NCBI GenBank assembly: GCA_938003925.1
Contig: CALKWQ010000023.1
Coordinates: forward strand, 243,799-307,798
From: an uncultured bacterium
Lineage (GTDB): Bacteria > Patescibacteriota > Patescibacteriia > Patescibacteriales > UBA12465
Direction: 5' to 3'
Length of the DNA stretch: 64,000 bases
In this document: positions 9,153-17,709 of the stretch, one piece after another
How the letters are laid out: every line of letters begins with the position of its first letter
Position numbering within the stretch: position 1 is the stretch's first letter
The notes under the pieces: generated by a model
What the model saw: only the letters and a program-made list of their open reading frames with translations
Databases searched by the model: none
What the model was told of the DNA's origin: nothing
Position numbers and translations under genes: made by a program

Positions 9153-11219
9153 CTACTCCAGGTGAGCCTCCGGCTCTAGTTCTGAGCCGAGGTGTTGCTT
9201 AAGGGCTGGATAATTGCTTAATTCTGGGTCACTTTTGATTAATTCGCTGGCCGCAATCTGAGCTTTTTTAATTAATTCATAGTCAAAAAGTGAAGCTATC
9301 CGCAGTTCGGGAAAACCGCTCTGCACTAAGCCGTATAAATCACCAGCACCGCGTAATTTTAAGTCCATTTTAGCGAGCGAGAGTCCGTCATGGTATTTAC
9401 CTAAAGCTTGTAGGCGCTCAGCTGCTTTAGGGTTCTGCTGGTCTCGACTGGTTATAAGTAGGCAATATGACTGTTGTTTGCCGCGACCGACGCGACCACG
9501 GAATTGGTGGAGCTGGGCCAAGCCAAAACGCTCTGCTCCTTCAATCAACATCACCGAGGCATTAGGTATATCTACGCCGACTTCCACTACGGCGGTGGCG
9601 ACTAAAATATTAGTCTTACCAGCGGCAAAAGCGCTCATAGCTTTTTCTTTGTCAATGCTTTTGAGGCGGCCATGAATCAGATCCAGTTTTAATTCCGGGA
9701 ACACTTCTTGTTGCAGGCGTCTATATTCAGCCGTGGCTGAGCGCACTCCCAACTTGTCCGATTCTGTAACTAGCGGACAAATAATAAAGGCTTGATGGCC
9801 AGCTTTAATTTCTTGGCGAATGAAATCATAAGCTTGTTGGCGCTGTTCTTCGGCTATAATTTTGGTAATAATGGGGAGGCGATTTTTGGGCAGTTCGCGT
9901 ATGAGTGATAAGTCTAAATCTCCGTAAATTGTCAGCGCAAGAGAGCGGGGAATGGGGGTGGCAGTCATAGAGAGAAAATGAGGCCACAACTGTCCGCCGC
10001 TTTGTTGTAGTTTTTGGCGCTGACGAACACCAAAGCGATGCTGTTCGTCTACAATCACTAAAGCTAGACGAGGAATCTCGTAGTCTTGAATTAGGGCTTG
10101 GGTACCGATTAGTATTTCCGCCTCCTGGATGATAGTCGCTCTTCTGGCTGCTTTAGGTTTTGGCAAATTAAAATTAGCTTCAGCTTGGCTGCCACTAAGC
10201 AGCGCCAGTTTTACGTTGAAGGGACTGAGTAGGCGGTTAAGACTCTGGTAATGCTGATAAGCCAATATTTCTGTCGGCGCCATCAAGGCTCCTTGATATT
10301 TATTGATAGCTACATTAAACAAAGCCATAGCCGCGACCACAGTTTTGCCGCTACCGACATCTCCTTCCAACAGGCGCGACATGGGCTCATTTCGGTCAAT
10401 ATCTTGTAGTATTTCCCAGGCTGCCTGCTTTTGTCCGTTAGTAAGGGTGAAAGGAAGATCTTGGACAAAACGCCGGGTGATAACTTCTTGAAATTCAATT
10501 TTTGGAGCCGTTTTATTTTTCAACTGATGCTTTAATGATTGAGAGCGTAACTGTCTTAAAAACAGCTCGCCGAAACCAAGACGCCGACGAGCAGCAAGAG
10601 CTTGCTCTATATCTTCTGGGAAATGTATTTGTTTTACGGCGGTAGCTAGCGGTGTAAGCTGTAAAGAAGATAGGACTTGATTGGGTAACCACTCTTCCAA
10701 GTGGCTGACGGCATCAAGTGCCTGTTTAATCAAAAAACGCAGTTGTTTCTGAGTTAAATCGTTATTTAGATGGTAGACTGGGACTAAACCTTGAGTATGT
10801 ATAAGGCCGCCGCTTACCACCTTTTCATATTGAGGAGAGATGAGACTGAGCTGACCATAGCTCTCGGCTGTTTTGCCAGCCAAAGAAACCTTGTCGCCCG
10901 GCTTAAGATTTTGAGTAATAAAGGGTTGATTAAACCAAACCACCTTAATTATACCGCTATCGTCGCTAATCAGCGCTTCAGTAAGTTGTCTTTTTTGTTT
11001 GGTGCTGCGCTTGTTTTGGATTAATTCAATAGTACCGGTGATACTGACATTTTGTCCTGGTTCAATATCATTGATAGGAGTGGCCCGGCTAAAGTCATCA
11101 TAACGGAAAGGAAAATAGAAAAGCAGGTCTCTCACTGTTTCCAGTCCGAGTTTTTTGAGAGCTTGGGCGGTGCTTTGGCCAACGCGGTTGAGCGCCGATA
11201 AGGGTACGCTTAAAAGCAT
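9153..11219 (-). CDS. recG: ATP-dependent DNA helicase RecG
   Basis: OB-fold wedge N-terminus, helicase motif I GDVGSGKT, motif II DEQHRFG and QFRGRVGRG. 688 aa. Confidence 0.95.
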   Translation of the reverse strand: MLLSVPLSALNRVGQSTAQALKKLGLETVRDLLFYFPFRYDDFSRATPINDIEPGQNVSITGTIELIQNKRSTKQKRQLTEALISDDSGIIKVVWFNQPFITQNLKPGDKVSLAGKTAESYGQLSLISPQYEKVVSGGLIHTQGLVPVYHLNNDLTQKQLRFLIKQALDAVSHLEEWLPNQVLSSLQLTPLATAVKQIHFPEDIEQALAARRRLGFGELFLRQLRSQSLKHQLKNKTAPKIEFQEVITRRFVQDLPFTLTNGQKQAAWEILQDIDRNEPMSRLLEGDVGSGKTVVAAMALFNVAINKYQGALMAPTEILAYQHYQSLNRLLSPFNVKLALLSGSQAEANFNLPKPKAARRATIIQEAEILIGTQALIQDYEIPRLALVIVDEQHRFGVRQRQKLQQSGGQLWPHFLSMTATPIPRSLALTIYGDLDLSLIRELPKNRLPIITKIIAEEQRQQAYDFIRQEIKAGHQAFIICPLVTESDKLGVRSATAEYRRLQQEVFPELKLDLIHGRLKSIDKEKAMSAFAAGKTNILVATAVVEVGVDIPNASVMLIEGAERFGLAQLHQFRGRVGRGKQQSYCLLITSRDQQNPKAAERLQALGKYHDGLSLAKMDLKLRGAGDLYGLVQSGFPELRIASLFDYELIKKAQIAASELIKSDPELSNYPALKQHLGSELEPEAHLE

Positions 11220-11232
11220 AACTTACTGGTAT

Positions 11233-11258
11233 TAAAACAGGCGCCTAGGTGGCGCCTA
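11233..11258 (-). terminator. hairpin plus U-run downstream of tRNA-Arg (minus strand)
   Basis: Stem aggcgcc / ggcgcct followed on the minus strand by tgtttt. Confidence 0.45.
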
Positions 11259-11278
11259 TCATCTCAACTTGATTAATG

Positions 11279-11350
11279 TGCCCTCACCAGGAATCGAACC
11301 TGGATTACAAGATCCGCAATCTTGCGTTCTATCCATTAAACTATGGGGGC
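11279..11350 (-). tRNA. tRNA-Arg, anticodon GCG (folded by eye)
   Basis: Minus strand: acceptor GCCCCCA / TGAGGGC with one C-A mismatch, D arm GTTT..GAAC, anticodon stem CAAGA / TCTTG with loop TTGCGGA, and T arm CCAGG-TTCGATT-CCTGG. CCA is not encoded. Confidence 0.8.
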
Positions 11351-11382
11351 GCTAAGCAGAATCATACGATAGGCGAATTATA

Positions 11383-11907
11383 CTATAGCTTCAATAATTT
11401 CGTCAACTCCTCAGATAAGGGCGGAGAAATACGCTCTAAATCCTCGTTTAAATAGCGTACCAGATAGTTACGGACGGTTAAGGGGTCTTGTCGGCGCAAA
11501 GGTATGGTTAGGCGGGGCAGCATTTTGTTCTTAAATTCTAAGTAGAGATTTTTGACGCTCTGGCGTGGTTTGTAGAGGACACAAAAATTATTAATTTCGT
11601 CGTAATCGTAAAAGCGGCGACCTATACTAATACCCTCGGGACTAAGTTTGATTAAAACTGTTTGTGGTTCTTGACTGTCATGAATAATCATGATGGCTAC
11701 AGACATGAGGATGATGAGGGCAAATAAGAAATTAGATTCAGCTCCCAAAAATACCGGCCGCCAACCAGAGATGGTAAAGAAGGATAAGAATAGGCAGATA
11801 AAGACAAAAATGGCAGCTAATATATACCAGCGGGGGCCACGATCAGGCTTCTTGTATTCTGGCACTTGCCATTGAATGAAGTTGTTAGTACTGTTTGTTG
11901 GCGTCAT
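11383..11907 (-). CDS. membrane protein, two TM helices plus a C-terminal soluble domain
   Basis: The first ATG (MTPTNS) is at 11907; the listed ORF starts 12 nt earlier at a TTG. A TGgTATAAT element lies upstream on the minus strand. Confidence 0.55.
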   Translation of the reverse strand: MTPTNSTNNFIQWQVPEYKKPDRGPRWYILAAIFVFICLFLSFFTISGWRPVFLGAESNFLFALIILMSVAIMIIHDSQEPQTVLIKLSPEGISIGRRFYDYDEINNFCVLYKPRQSVKNLYLEFKNKMLPRLTIPLRRQDPLTVRNYLVRYLNEDLERISPPLSEELTKLLKL

Positions 11908-11978
11908 ATAGTTTGACAAGCAATGAGAGATTTTATATAGTGATTATACCATAAAATTTAAAAGAGAAGAATAATCAG

Positions 11979-12067
11979 GGAGAGGTGGCTGAGCGGCTGA
12001 AAGCGGCAGGTTGCTAACCTGTTATACGTGTAACAGCGTATCCGGGGTTCGAATCCCCGCCTCTCCG
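11979..12067 (+). tRNA. tRNA-Ser, anticodon GCT (long variable arm)
   Basis: Acceptor GGAGAGG / CCTCTCC, anticodon loop TTGCTAA, long variable arm, and T arm CGGGG-TTCGAAT-CCCCG. A hairpin terminator follows at about 12072-12108. Confidence 0.9.
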
Positions 12068-12246
12068 CAGTTGTAAAAAATAAGGCTAAAGGCCTTATTT
12101 TTTAATATCTTTTTAGTTCGAACATAAATAGGGAGAGCGGGACGGTGGTTTTTTAAATCGGCTATTTTTTGTTAATACTACATCAATATTACAAATTTCG
12201 AACATTTTAGTTTGAGTATAAATATAGCTGGTGGTACAATATTAGT

Positions 12247-12435
12247 ATGCAATTTACCGAAAAGCAGCTAAATAAATTTAGGAATTTATACAAAGAAACA
12301 TTCGGAGATGATTTATCGGATGGGGAAGTGTTAAGACAAGCCACAGCATTAGTTACTTTGGTTAAATTAACATACAAACCAATCACTAAGGGTGATTTTG
12401 AGAGAATTAAAAATTTAAAAACAAGTTGCACATAA
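12247..12435 (+). CDS. small hypothetical protein (62 aa), islet 1
   Basis: TGgTACAAT extended -10 (12232-12240) ends 6 nt before the ATG, so the mRNA may be leaderless. AT-rich islet context. Confidence 0.35.
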   Translation: MQFTEKQLNKFRNLYKETFGDDLSDGEVLRQATALVTLVKLTYKPITKGDFERIKNLKTSCT

Positions 12436-12500
12436 AAATAATCGCATTTCTAAAGATATATTTGGGTTATTATAAGTGATAGATAATTAATATTAACTAT

Positions 12501-12740
12501 ATGAAAATTGAGGATTATTTAAAAATTACTGTGCCAAAAATTGGTAATGCGGCTCTCGATTTAATACGCGACGCGCGCTTTAAAGCAATCGAAGAACTTT
12601 TAATAGAAAAAAATGTGGCGACACGAGAGGAAATAGATGCTGAAGTTGATAAACAATTAGGTGAAATTGCGAAGCAAATTTCAGAAATGCCGCCTATGCC
12701 TTCTAAAAATGAACAATCTAAAGAAACAAACAGAGATTAA
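12501..12740 (+). CDS. small hypothetical protein (79 aa), islet 1
   Basis: ORF only; helical and charged. It overlaps the start region of the next ORF. Confidence 0.4.
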   Translation: MKIEDYLKITVPKIGNAALDLIRDARFKAIEELLIEKNVATREEIDAEVDKQLGEIAKQISEMPPMPSKNEQSKETNRD

Positions 12741-13590
12741 GACCTCACTGCCGTATTGCTTGTATAAAATAGATACGAGGTTTTTTAAATTTGGCGATCG
12801 CTTTAATTCAAAAATTCGTTTTACAAAAGAGGATACTACTCCGAATCGCAGAACCCAAGATTCTAAAAACATGGAAGCAATTAGAGATAGATGGGGCATA
12901 GAAGCACACTCAGATGTACTTATTCTTACAGATAAACTTTTTGAAGAGTCTGTCGGGGCTGAAGAATTTGCGCTAGATCTATTAAATAATTTCATTAAAC
13001 TTTATCGTTGTTATGATGGTCAGGCGGTACATCTAGTTCCTCTTATAAAAGAAGATTTATTTGGCTTCTCAGTAGTTAGTCCAGACGGATCAGGAGTTCT
13101 TAGTTTGGCGCTGGGCGGTGGTATACAGATATATGACCCAATGTGGACGCAAAAAATTAGTGATAGTATAGAAAAAGCTCTGGATAAAAAAGAGGTTATA
13201 CCGTTGTGGCACGAACTCCTTCTCAATGCTGAGCAATATCTATATCAAGGAGATTATCGCCATTCCATATTGGAAAGCGTTATTGCACTTGAAGTCGTAT
13301 TATCTAGTTTTATACGAAAAATGTGTGTGTCTAAAGGCATCTCAGCTAAAGAAGCTAATAATTTTATAAAAGATGTTGGTCTCACGGGAAATATTAGAGT
13401 GTCTCTAAAACTCTTGCTCGATCCAACTATTATTTTAGGTGAAGATATGCTTGAAAAATGCAAGGCTGGTATTACTATAAGAAACGGCATTGTTCATAAA
13501 GGGGAGAATTCTGTCGGAAGTAAAGAAGCGAATGATACCATTATTAACGGAAGGAAATTGATTAATATAATGTTGCCATTTATAAATTAA
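12709..13590 (+). CDS. HEPN-like protein (Rx4H motif), candidate RNase toxin or abortive-infection effector
   Basis: C-terminal ITIRNGIVHKG contains R-N-x3-H, the Rx4-6H HEPN signature, in a helical C-terminal region. The start is ambiguous: ATG at 12709 or 12871, and the listed GTG at 12661 is unlikely. Confidence 0.5.
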   Translation: MNNLKKQTEIKTSLPYCLYKIDTRFFKFGDRFNSKIRFTKEDTTPNRRTQDSKNMEAIRDRWGIEAHSDVLILTDKLFEESVGAEEFALDLLNNFIKLYRCYDGQAVHLVPLIKEDLFGFSVVSPDGSGVLSLALGGGIQIYDPMWTQKISDSIEKALDKKEVIPLWHELLLNAEQYLYQGDYRHSILESVIALEVVLSSFIRKMCVSKGISAKEANNFIKDVGLTGNIRVSLKLLLDPTIILGEDMLEKCKAGITIRNGIVHKGENSVGSKEANDTIINGRKLINIMLPFIN

Positions 13591-13621
13591 AATTTAATAT
13601 TAGCCATTTTATTATAAAAAA

Positions 13622-13650
13622 GTTCGAATAGCGTCCCTCACTCTCCGCGG
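13622..13650 (+). repeat. degenerate copy of the tRNA-Ser 3' end (pseudo-att site 1)
   Basis: gttcgaatagcgtccctcactctccgcgg compared with the tRNA 3' end gttcgaatccccgcctctccgca. Like the tRNA, it is followed by a hairpin plus T-run (13657-13684). Confidence 0.55.
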
Positions 13651-13800
13651 CAAGTCAAAAACAAGGTTTAGCCTTGTTTTTTGGTGTCAAAAAATTCCAA
13701 AGTGGAGCAGAGAGTAAGTAAAAATATTTTTTAAAAATCACATAATTTATCTAATATTGATATATAAAATAGTGGTTCCAGGTAAATTATTTTAATTGTA

Positions 13801-13829
13801 TTGACAAATAAATAATAATGCCATACAAT
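13801..13829 (+). promoter_or_regulatory. sigma70-type promoter of the dinJ-yafQ pair
   Basis: TTGACA (13801-13806), a 17-nt spacer, then TACAAT (13824-13829). Confidence 0.6.
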
Positions 13830-13849
13830 ATGACTATAATAAAAAACAT

Positions 13850-14134
13850 ATGATTACTAAAAATAACGAACAAATTCAAATTCGTATCGACGCTGAAACT
13901 AAAAGAGAAACAAAAAAAATTCTTGATAGTTTGGGTATTGATATGAGTTCGGCTATAAAATTATTTTTTCGTCAGATAATAAATGCCAAAAATTTACCCT
14001 TTGAATTAAGGGGTGAAAATGGCCTTACTTTACGTAATGCTGAATTGTTAAGAGAATCCATTGTCAGTGCTAGTAATAGCACTAAGCTTTTTAAGGATGG
14101 GTCGGCCCTCATCAAAGACACTTTAAGGGATTAA
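13850..14134 (+). CDS. dinJ: type II antitoxin, RelB/DinJ family
   Basis: IQIRIDAETKRETKKILDSLGIDMSSAIKLFFRQIINAKNLPFEL matches the DinJ ribbon-helix-helix pattern. The toxin gene starts 3 nt downstream. Confidence 0.75.
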   Translation: MITKNNEQIQIRIDAETKRETKKILDSLGIDMSSAIKLFFRQIINAKNLPFELRGENGLTLRNAELLRESIVSASNSTKLFKDGSALIKDTLRD

Positions 14135-14137
14135 TCT

Positions 14138-14410
14138 ATGTTTTTGCTGAAATTTTCTAGTCGATTTAAGAAAGACTTAAAGTTTTATAAATATGACAAA
14201 GTTTTTTTAGTTGAGTTAGAAAAAGTTTTAGATATTTTAGCAAAAGGCAAAGATTTGCCAGATAAAAATCTTAATCATCCGCTTATTGGTGAATTTAAGG
14301 GTTGTTTTGAATGTCATATTAAACCCGATATTCTTCTTATTTATAAAATAGAAAAATCAGAGTTGACTGTTCTATTGCTTAGAGTTGGCTCACATTCAAA
14401 TCTTTTTTAA
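14138..14410 (+). CDS. yafQ: type II toxin, YafQ/RelE-family mRNA interferase
   Basis: HPLIGEFKGCFECHIKPDILLIYKI....LLLRVGSHSNLF matches the YafQ C-terminal signature (H..L.G....ECHI.PD.LLIY...R.GSHS.LF). Confidence 0.8.
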   Translation: MFLLKFSSRFKKDLKFYKYDKVFLVELEKVLDILAKGKDLPDKNLNHPLIGEFKGCFECHIKPDILLIYKIEKSELTVLLLRVGSHSNLF

Positions 14411-14454
14411 GGGTAATAATGGCGAATTAAGGTTTTTCTATAATACCGTTCCAA

Positions 14455-14475
14455 GTTCGTCCTACCCTCTCCGCA
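14455..14475 (+). repeat. second degenerate copy of the tRNA-Ser 3' end (pseudo-att site 2)
   Basis: gttcgtcctaccctctccgca compared with gttcgaatccccgcctctccgca. A GC-rich remnant and a hairpin terminator lie downstream. Confidence 0.5.
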
Positions 14476-14557
14476 TTAATAATGACCCCCTCCTCGCACT
14501 CGCGCTCCCGCTTCGCGGTTTGCCAATGAATACTCGTGCGGGGTTTCCTGACTATTT

Positions 14558-14590
14558 AAAAAAAAGACTGTTTTTAAAACAGTCTTTTTA
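14558..14590. terminator. bidirectional hairpin terminator
   Basis: aaaaaaaagactgttt ttaa aacagtcttttt is flanked by A- and T-runs and sits between convergent transcription units. Confidence 0.6.
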
Positions 14591-14598
14591 GTTGCTTG

Positions 14599-16041
14599 TT
14601 ATTTTATTGCATCTTTCATAACTTTGTAGATTTGGCTGAATTCTAGTCCAAGTTTTTTCCCGTATGATAGGAAGAAGGCCAAAGCCGCTTGGCTTACCAC
14701 CATGGGGAGACCGTCCATAGTCTGGAGCTTAAGCTTTTTAGCTTGAGAAATTAAAGGCGTATCATCGGAGCGCAAGATAATATCTGCTATTATACATGTT
14801 TTTGACATTTGCGTTAGAAGTTTCTGACTGATTTTTAAGTTTTCTTCTAGACCTTGATCAGTAACAGCTAAAGATGAATAATTTTCCCATTCTCCGGTTG
14901 CACCCTTGATACTAGCATTTACAATCAAATCTAGAGATGAAAAATAGTTTTCTACTTGTCTTTCTTGACAACCGATAGCTTTAGCTTCTCCTGAAAGTTG
15001 ATAAAAATCATTAATTTTTTCTGCTAGAGCTACAGCTTTAGATTCGGTTCGATTGGCGACTATTAAATGGGCTCCGGCTTTAGCTAAGGCGAATGCAATG
15101 GCATTGGCCGTACCACCAGAACCGAGTAATAAAACTTTTTTTTCAGTCATTTGGTTAAGAGAGGGGAAGTTTTCTTGTAGGCCTTGTACAAAACCAGTTC
15201 CATCAGTATTGTAGCCAATAAGGAGTCCTTTGTCGTTTTTAAGGATAAAATTAGCCGCACCGACGTTAGCGGCGCTATCATCTAAGAGATCAAGTAATTC
15301 TATAGCTTCATCTTTAAAGCCAACGCCGAGTCCACCTGCCAAAAAACGGTTATCATCTCGGAAAACTTCCAGTGTCCATTTTAGATTCTCTTTTTCTAGG
15401 TCATCTGTTCGGGGGACTAGAACTAAACTTTTTGCCGCAACATTAAAATGTGTGAAAGCGCTATTCCACAATAATGGCGTTCTAGCTGGGTAATCATGGT
15501 TAATTAGAGTAACCATCATTCCTTGATTGCTAAAACTTTTAGGATTGACAGGCGGTAGCTTAGCGATTTGCCATAAGCCATTTTGAGCCAAATTTTCTAG
15601 TTGTTTTTTGGGGACAGTCATAGATTTTGAATCATTATAATTTAGACGGATAATTGTGACATGAAAATCATCGGTAAGCTCATCTAGGCTGAGGTTATAA
15701 ATCAGTCCTAGATGGAATTTAAGAACATTTGAATCGTATACATCAGGACTTGATCCTTCAAAATCACTTCTATTCAGCTCGCCAATTTTTTTGCTATAGA
15801 TGTGTTCAATCGAAGCGATTATTTCTTCTGATTCATCAAATTGTGGAGCGATTCCTAATCGATCAGAACCTAAATGTTCGATTTTTTTTAAAGTTATTAC
15901 TTGTTTTTCACAATAACCACGATAAGCGGCGCATAGCCTCACTCCTGGGCGGAAAAAAGTAGTGACCCGTCCTTTAATAATTAGTGGCCAATATATTTTA
16001 CGAATGGCCATTTCATTAGGATTTAAGATGAGTTTTTTCAT
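14599..16041 (-). CDS. shikimate/quinate dehydrogenase (AroE)-like protein with an unrecognised roughly 160-aa N-terminal extension
   Basis: The C-terminal two thirds show the AroE layout: substrate domain ...LLWNSAFTHF..., GYNTDGTGF, and Rossmann LLLGSGGTANAIAFALAKAGAHLIVANRT. The N-terminal 160 aa may be ASCH/PUA-like (weak). Confidence 0.65.
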   Translation of the reverse strand: MKKLILNPNEMAIRKIYWPLIIKGRVTTFFRPGVRLCAAYRGYCEKQVITLKKIEHLGSDRLGIAPQFDESEEIIASIEHIYSKKIGELNRSDFEGSSPDVYDSNVLKFHLGLIYNLSLDELTDDFHVTIIRLNYNDSKSMTVPKKQLENLAQNGLWQIAKLPPVNPKSFSNQGMMVTLINHDYPARTPLLWNSAFTHFNVAAKSLVLVPRTDDLEKENLKWTLEVFRDDNRFLAGGLGVGFKDEAIELLDLLDDSAANVGAANFILKNDKGLLIGYNTDGTGFVQGLQENFPSLNQMTEKKVLLLGSGGTANAIAFALAKAGAHLIVANRTESKAVALAEKINDFYQLSGEAKAIGCQERQVENYFSSLDLIVNASIKGATGEWENYSSLAVTDQGLEENLKISQKLLTQMSKTCIIADIILRSDDTPLISQAKKLKLQTMDGLPMVVSQAALAFFLSYGKKLGLEFSQIYKVMKDAIK

Positions 16042-16276
16042 GATTAGTTTTTATTTTTTAATGAACCTTATTTTTTGAAACTATTTTTTATTATATACCC
16101 CCTAGGGGTGTATGTCAATAGTAAAAAGGTATTCTTTCTCTAAAAAATTTATCTCTATTTTGTTATAATTTAGATATGATAATAAAATAATGAATCATTA
16201 TAAATAATAGTTTTTTGTGATAAGCTATTTTATCTCTGCTAGCTTACATTTTTAATAATCATAGTAATACAAAACA

Positions 16277-16783
16277 ATGTGGAAAAATAAAGAAGGCTTT
16301 ACTTTAATAGAATTACTTGTAGTCATCGCTATCATTGCTCTTATTGCAGCGCTCTCAATAATTGCAATTAACCGTTCTCGCATGCTAGCACGCGATGCCA
16401 AACGAAAGGCTGATTTAAAAAATATAGTTGTTGCTTTAGAAATGTATTATCAAGAATATGGTGTTTATCCTCCCGCAGGATCTTGCGCATACGGTACGAA
16501 TTGTTACGTCTACAGTACTTCTGGAGCTAGCTGGCTCGCCCCTCTAAAACCTTATATATCACCACCAATCGATCCAATCAATAATCAGGCGGGGCCATGG
16601 ATAAGCGGGCGCTATTCATATTCATACGGAAACGTCACCGCTAATGGCCAAGAATACGATTTAGTTGGGCAACTGGAGAATACCAACGATCCCGATCGCT
16701 GCGCTATTAAAAAATATCGATTCAACTTAATTAAAAATACATGGTGCGGCAGTTATAGTGGACAAATGTATGCGCCACAGTAA
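16277..16783 (+). CDS. type IV pilin-like protein (prepilin N-terminal methylation motif)
   Basis: MWKNKEG|FTLIELLVVIAIIALIAA class III signal, with Glu at +5. Confidence 0.8.
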   Translation: MWKNKEGFTLIELLVVIAIIALIAALSIIAINRSRMLARDAKRKADLKNIVVALEMYYQEYGVYPPAGSCAYGTNCYVYSTSGASWLAPLKPYISPPIDPINNQAGPWISGRYSYSYGNVTANGQEYDLVGQLENTNDPDRCAIKKYRFNLIKNTWCGSYSGQMYAPQ

Positions 16784-16949
16784 AAATTTAGCGACCTTAA
16801 CATGAAAACTATCTCTAGAGATATTTTTTAAAGATTAGAAACTTCGTGCGAGTTGCCAGTGGTTGTGAGGAGGGTCTATTTGATTAAACTTTAGTTCCTA
16901 AATAAAATTAATTTTTAAGTTTTAATATAATAAAAGCGATTATCCTAAT

Positions 16950-17117
16950 ATGCTAAATATAATTATATATTGGATTCCAAAAATTCTAGCCATAGCACTG
17001 GGAGTCTTTTTTATTGTGTTTGGCGAATTTGACGACAGTCCCGGGCTGCAAGGGCTCGGACTCATTATAATCATGGCTATATTTTTTATAGTGATTAGGA
17101 GAAAAAAAGAAAAATAA
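16950..17117 (+). CDS. unlisted small two-TM protein (55 aa)
   Basis: My translation: MLNIIIYWIPKILAIALGVFFIVFGEFDDSPGLQGLGLIIIMAIFFIVIRRKKEK*. It is below the ORF-track cut-off. Two clean hydrophobic helices and a basic tail. Confidence 0.35.
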   Translation: MLNIIIYWIPKILAIALGVFFIVFGEFDDSPGLQGLGLIIIMAIFFIVIRRKKEK

Positions 17118-17196
17118 CTTTTTTAACTTGTCAAAATAAATTTAAATGTGTTATTTTTATAGATATGAGTTTTGTTAAATAAGAAAAGTAAAATTA

Positions 17197-17709
17197 ATGT
17201 CGATGTTTAGATTCCAGGCAGCTAAATCAAATAATAATTCCGGTTTTACCCTAATTGAGCTTTTGGTGGTGATTGCTATTATCGGTTTATTATCCACTAT
17301 TTCTATCGTGGCTCTCAACAGCACTCGCTCTCGAGCCCGTGATGCCAAGAGATTGGGTGACATGTCTCAAATAGCAAAAGCCCTAGATATGTATTATAAC
17401 GATAATGGCGCTTATCCTTCTTGCGGTGGTAGTAGTGGCGATAAAAATGGTGGCTGGTATACCTGTTTACAGCCAGCGCTGTCACCGTATATGAGTAAAT
17501 TACCCCATGATCCTTTAGAAAAAAGTTCCGGTTATTATTATACTGTTGCTTGGGCTAACAATAAGCAAGGAGCTCAATTAATATTTTTTTTAGAAAATAC
17601 TAATCCCAATCTAAGTAGTGCTAGGTTTAGCTGGTATGCGGGTGACTATGGTTATGCCTATGTGCACGAAGTGGGGCAATATAATCGCATCACTAGCTAT
17701 GGTTATTAA
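17197..17709 (+). CDS. type IV pilin-like protein
   Basis: ...NNNSG|FTLIELLVVIAIIGLLSTISIVALNSTRSRARDAKR is a typical T4 pilin N-terminus. Confidence 0.8.
   Translation: MSMFRFQAAKSNNNSGFTLIELLVVIAIIGLLSTISIVALNSTRSRARDAKRLGDMSQIAKALDMYYNDNGAYPSCGGSSGDKNGGWYTCLQPALSPYMSKLPHDPLEKSSGYYYTVAWANNKQGAQLIFFLENTNPNLSSARFSWYAGDYGYAYVHEVGQYNRITSYGY

Noticed and set aside
12068-14590. Calling the tRNA-Ser islets an intact integrative mobile element or prophage
   Set aside because: There is no integrase, excisionase, replication gene or structural gene. Only the att-like repeats, one TA pair and orphan ORFs are present. I therefore treat the islets as remnants, not an active element.
14484-16877. Possible inverted repeat between 14484-14549 and 16837-16877, flanking the aroE-like gene and the first pilin gene
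   Set aside because: Only short blocks match by eye (ccctcctc.ca, ctcg..cg, gtttc) and they need large gaps. The match is also ambiguous as a direct repeat. It is not strong enough to call without a formal alignment.
17618-17698. Upstream start of the 742-aa ORF inside the pilin gene
   Set aside because: It would overlap the pilin CDS by 92 nt in another frame. ATG 17699 (MVINKR...) gives the usual short overlap and starts just before the first TM helix.
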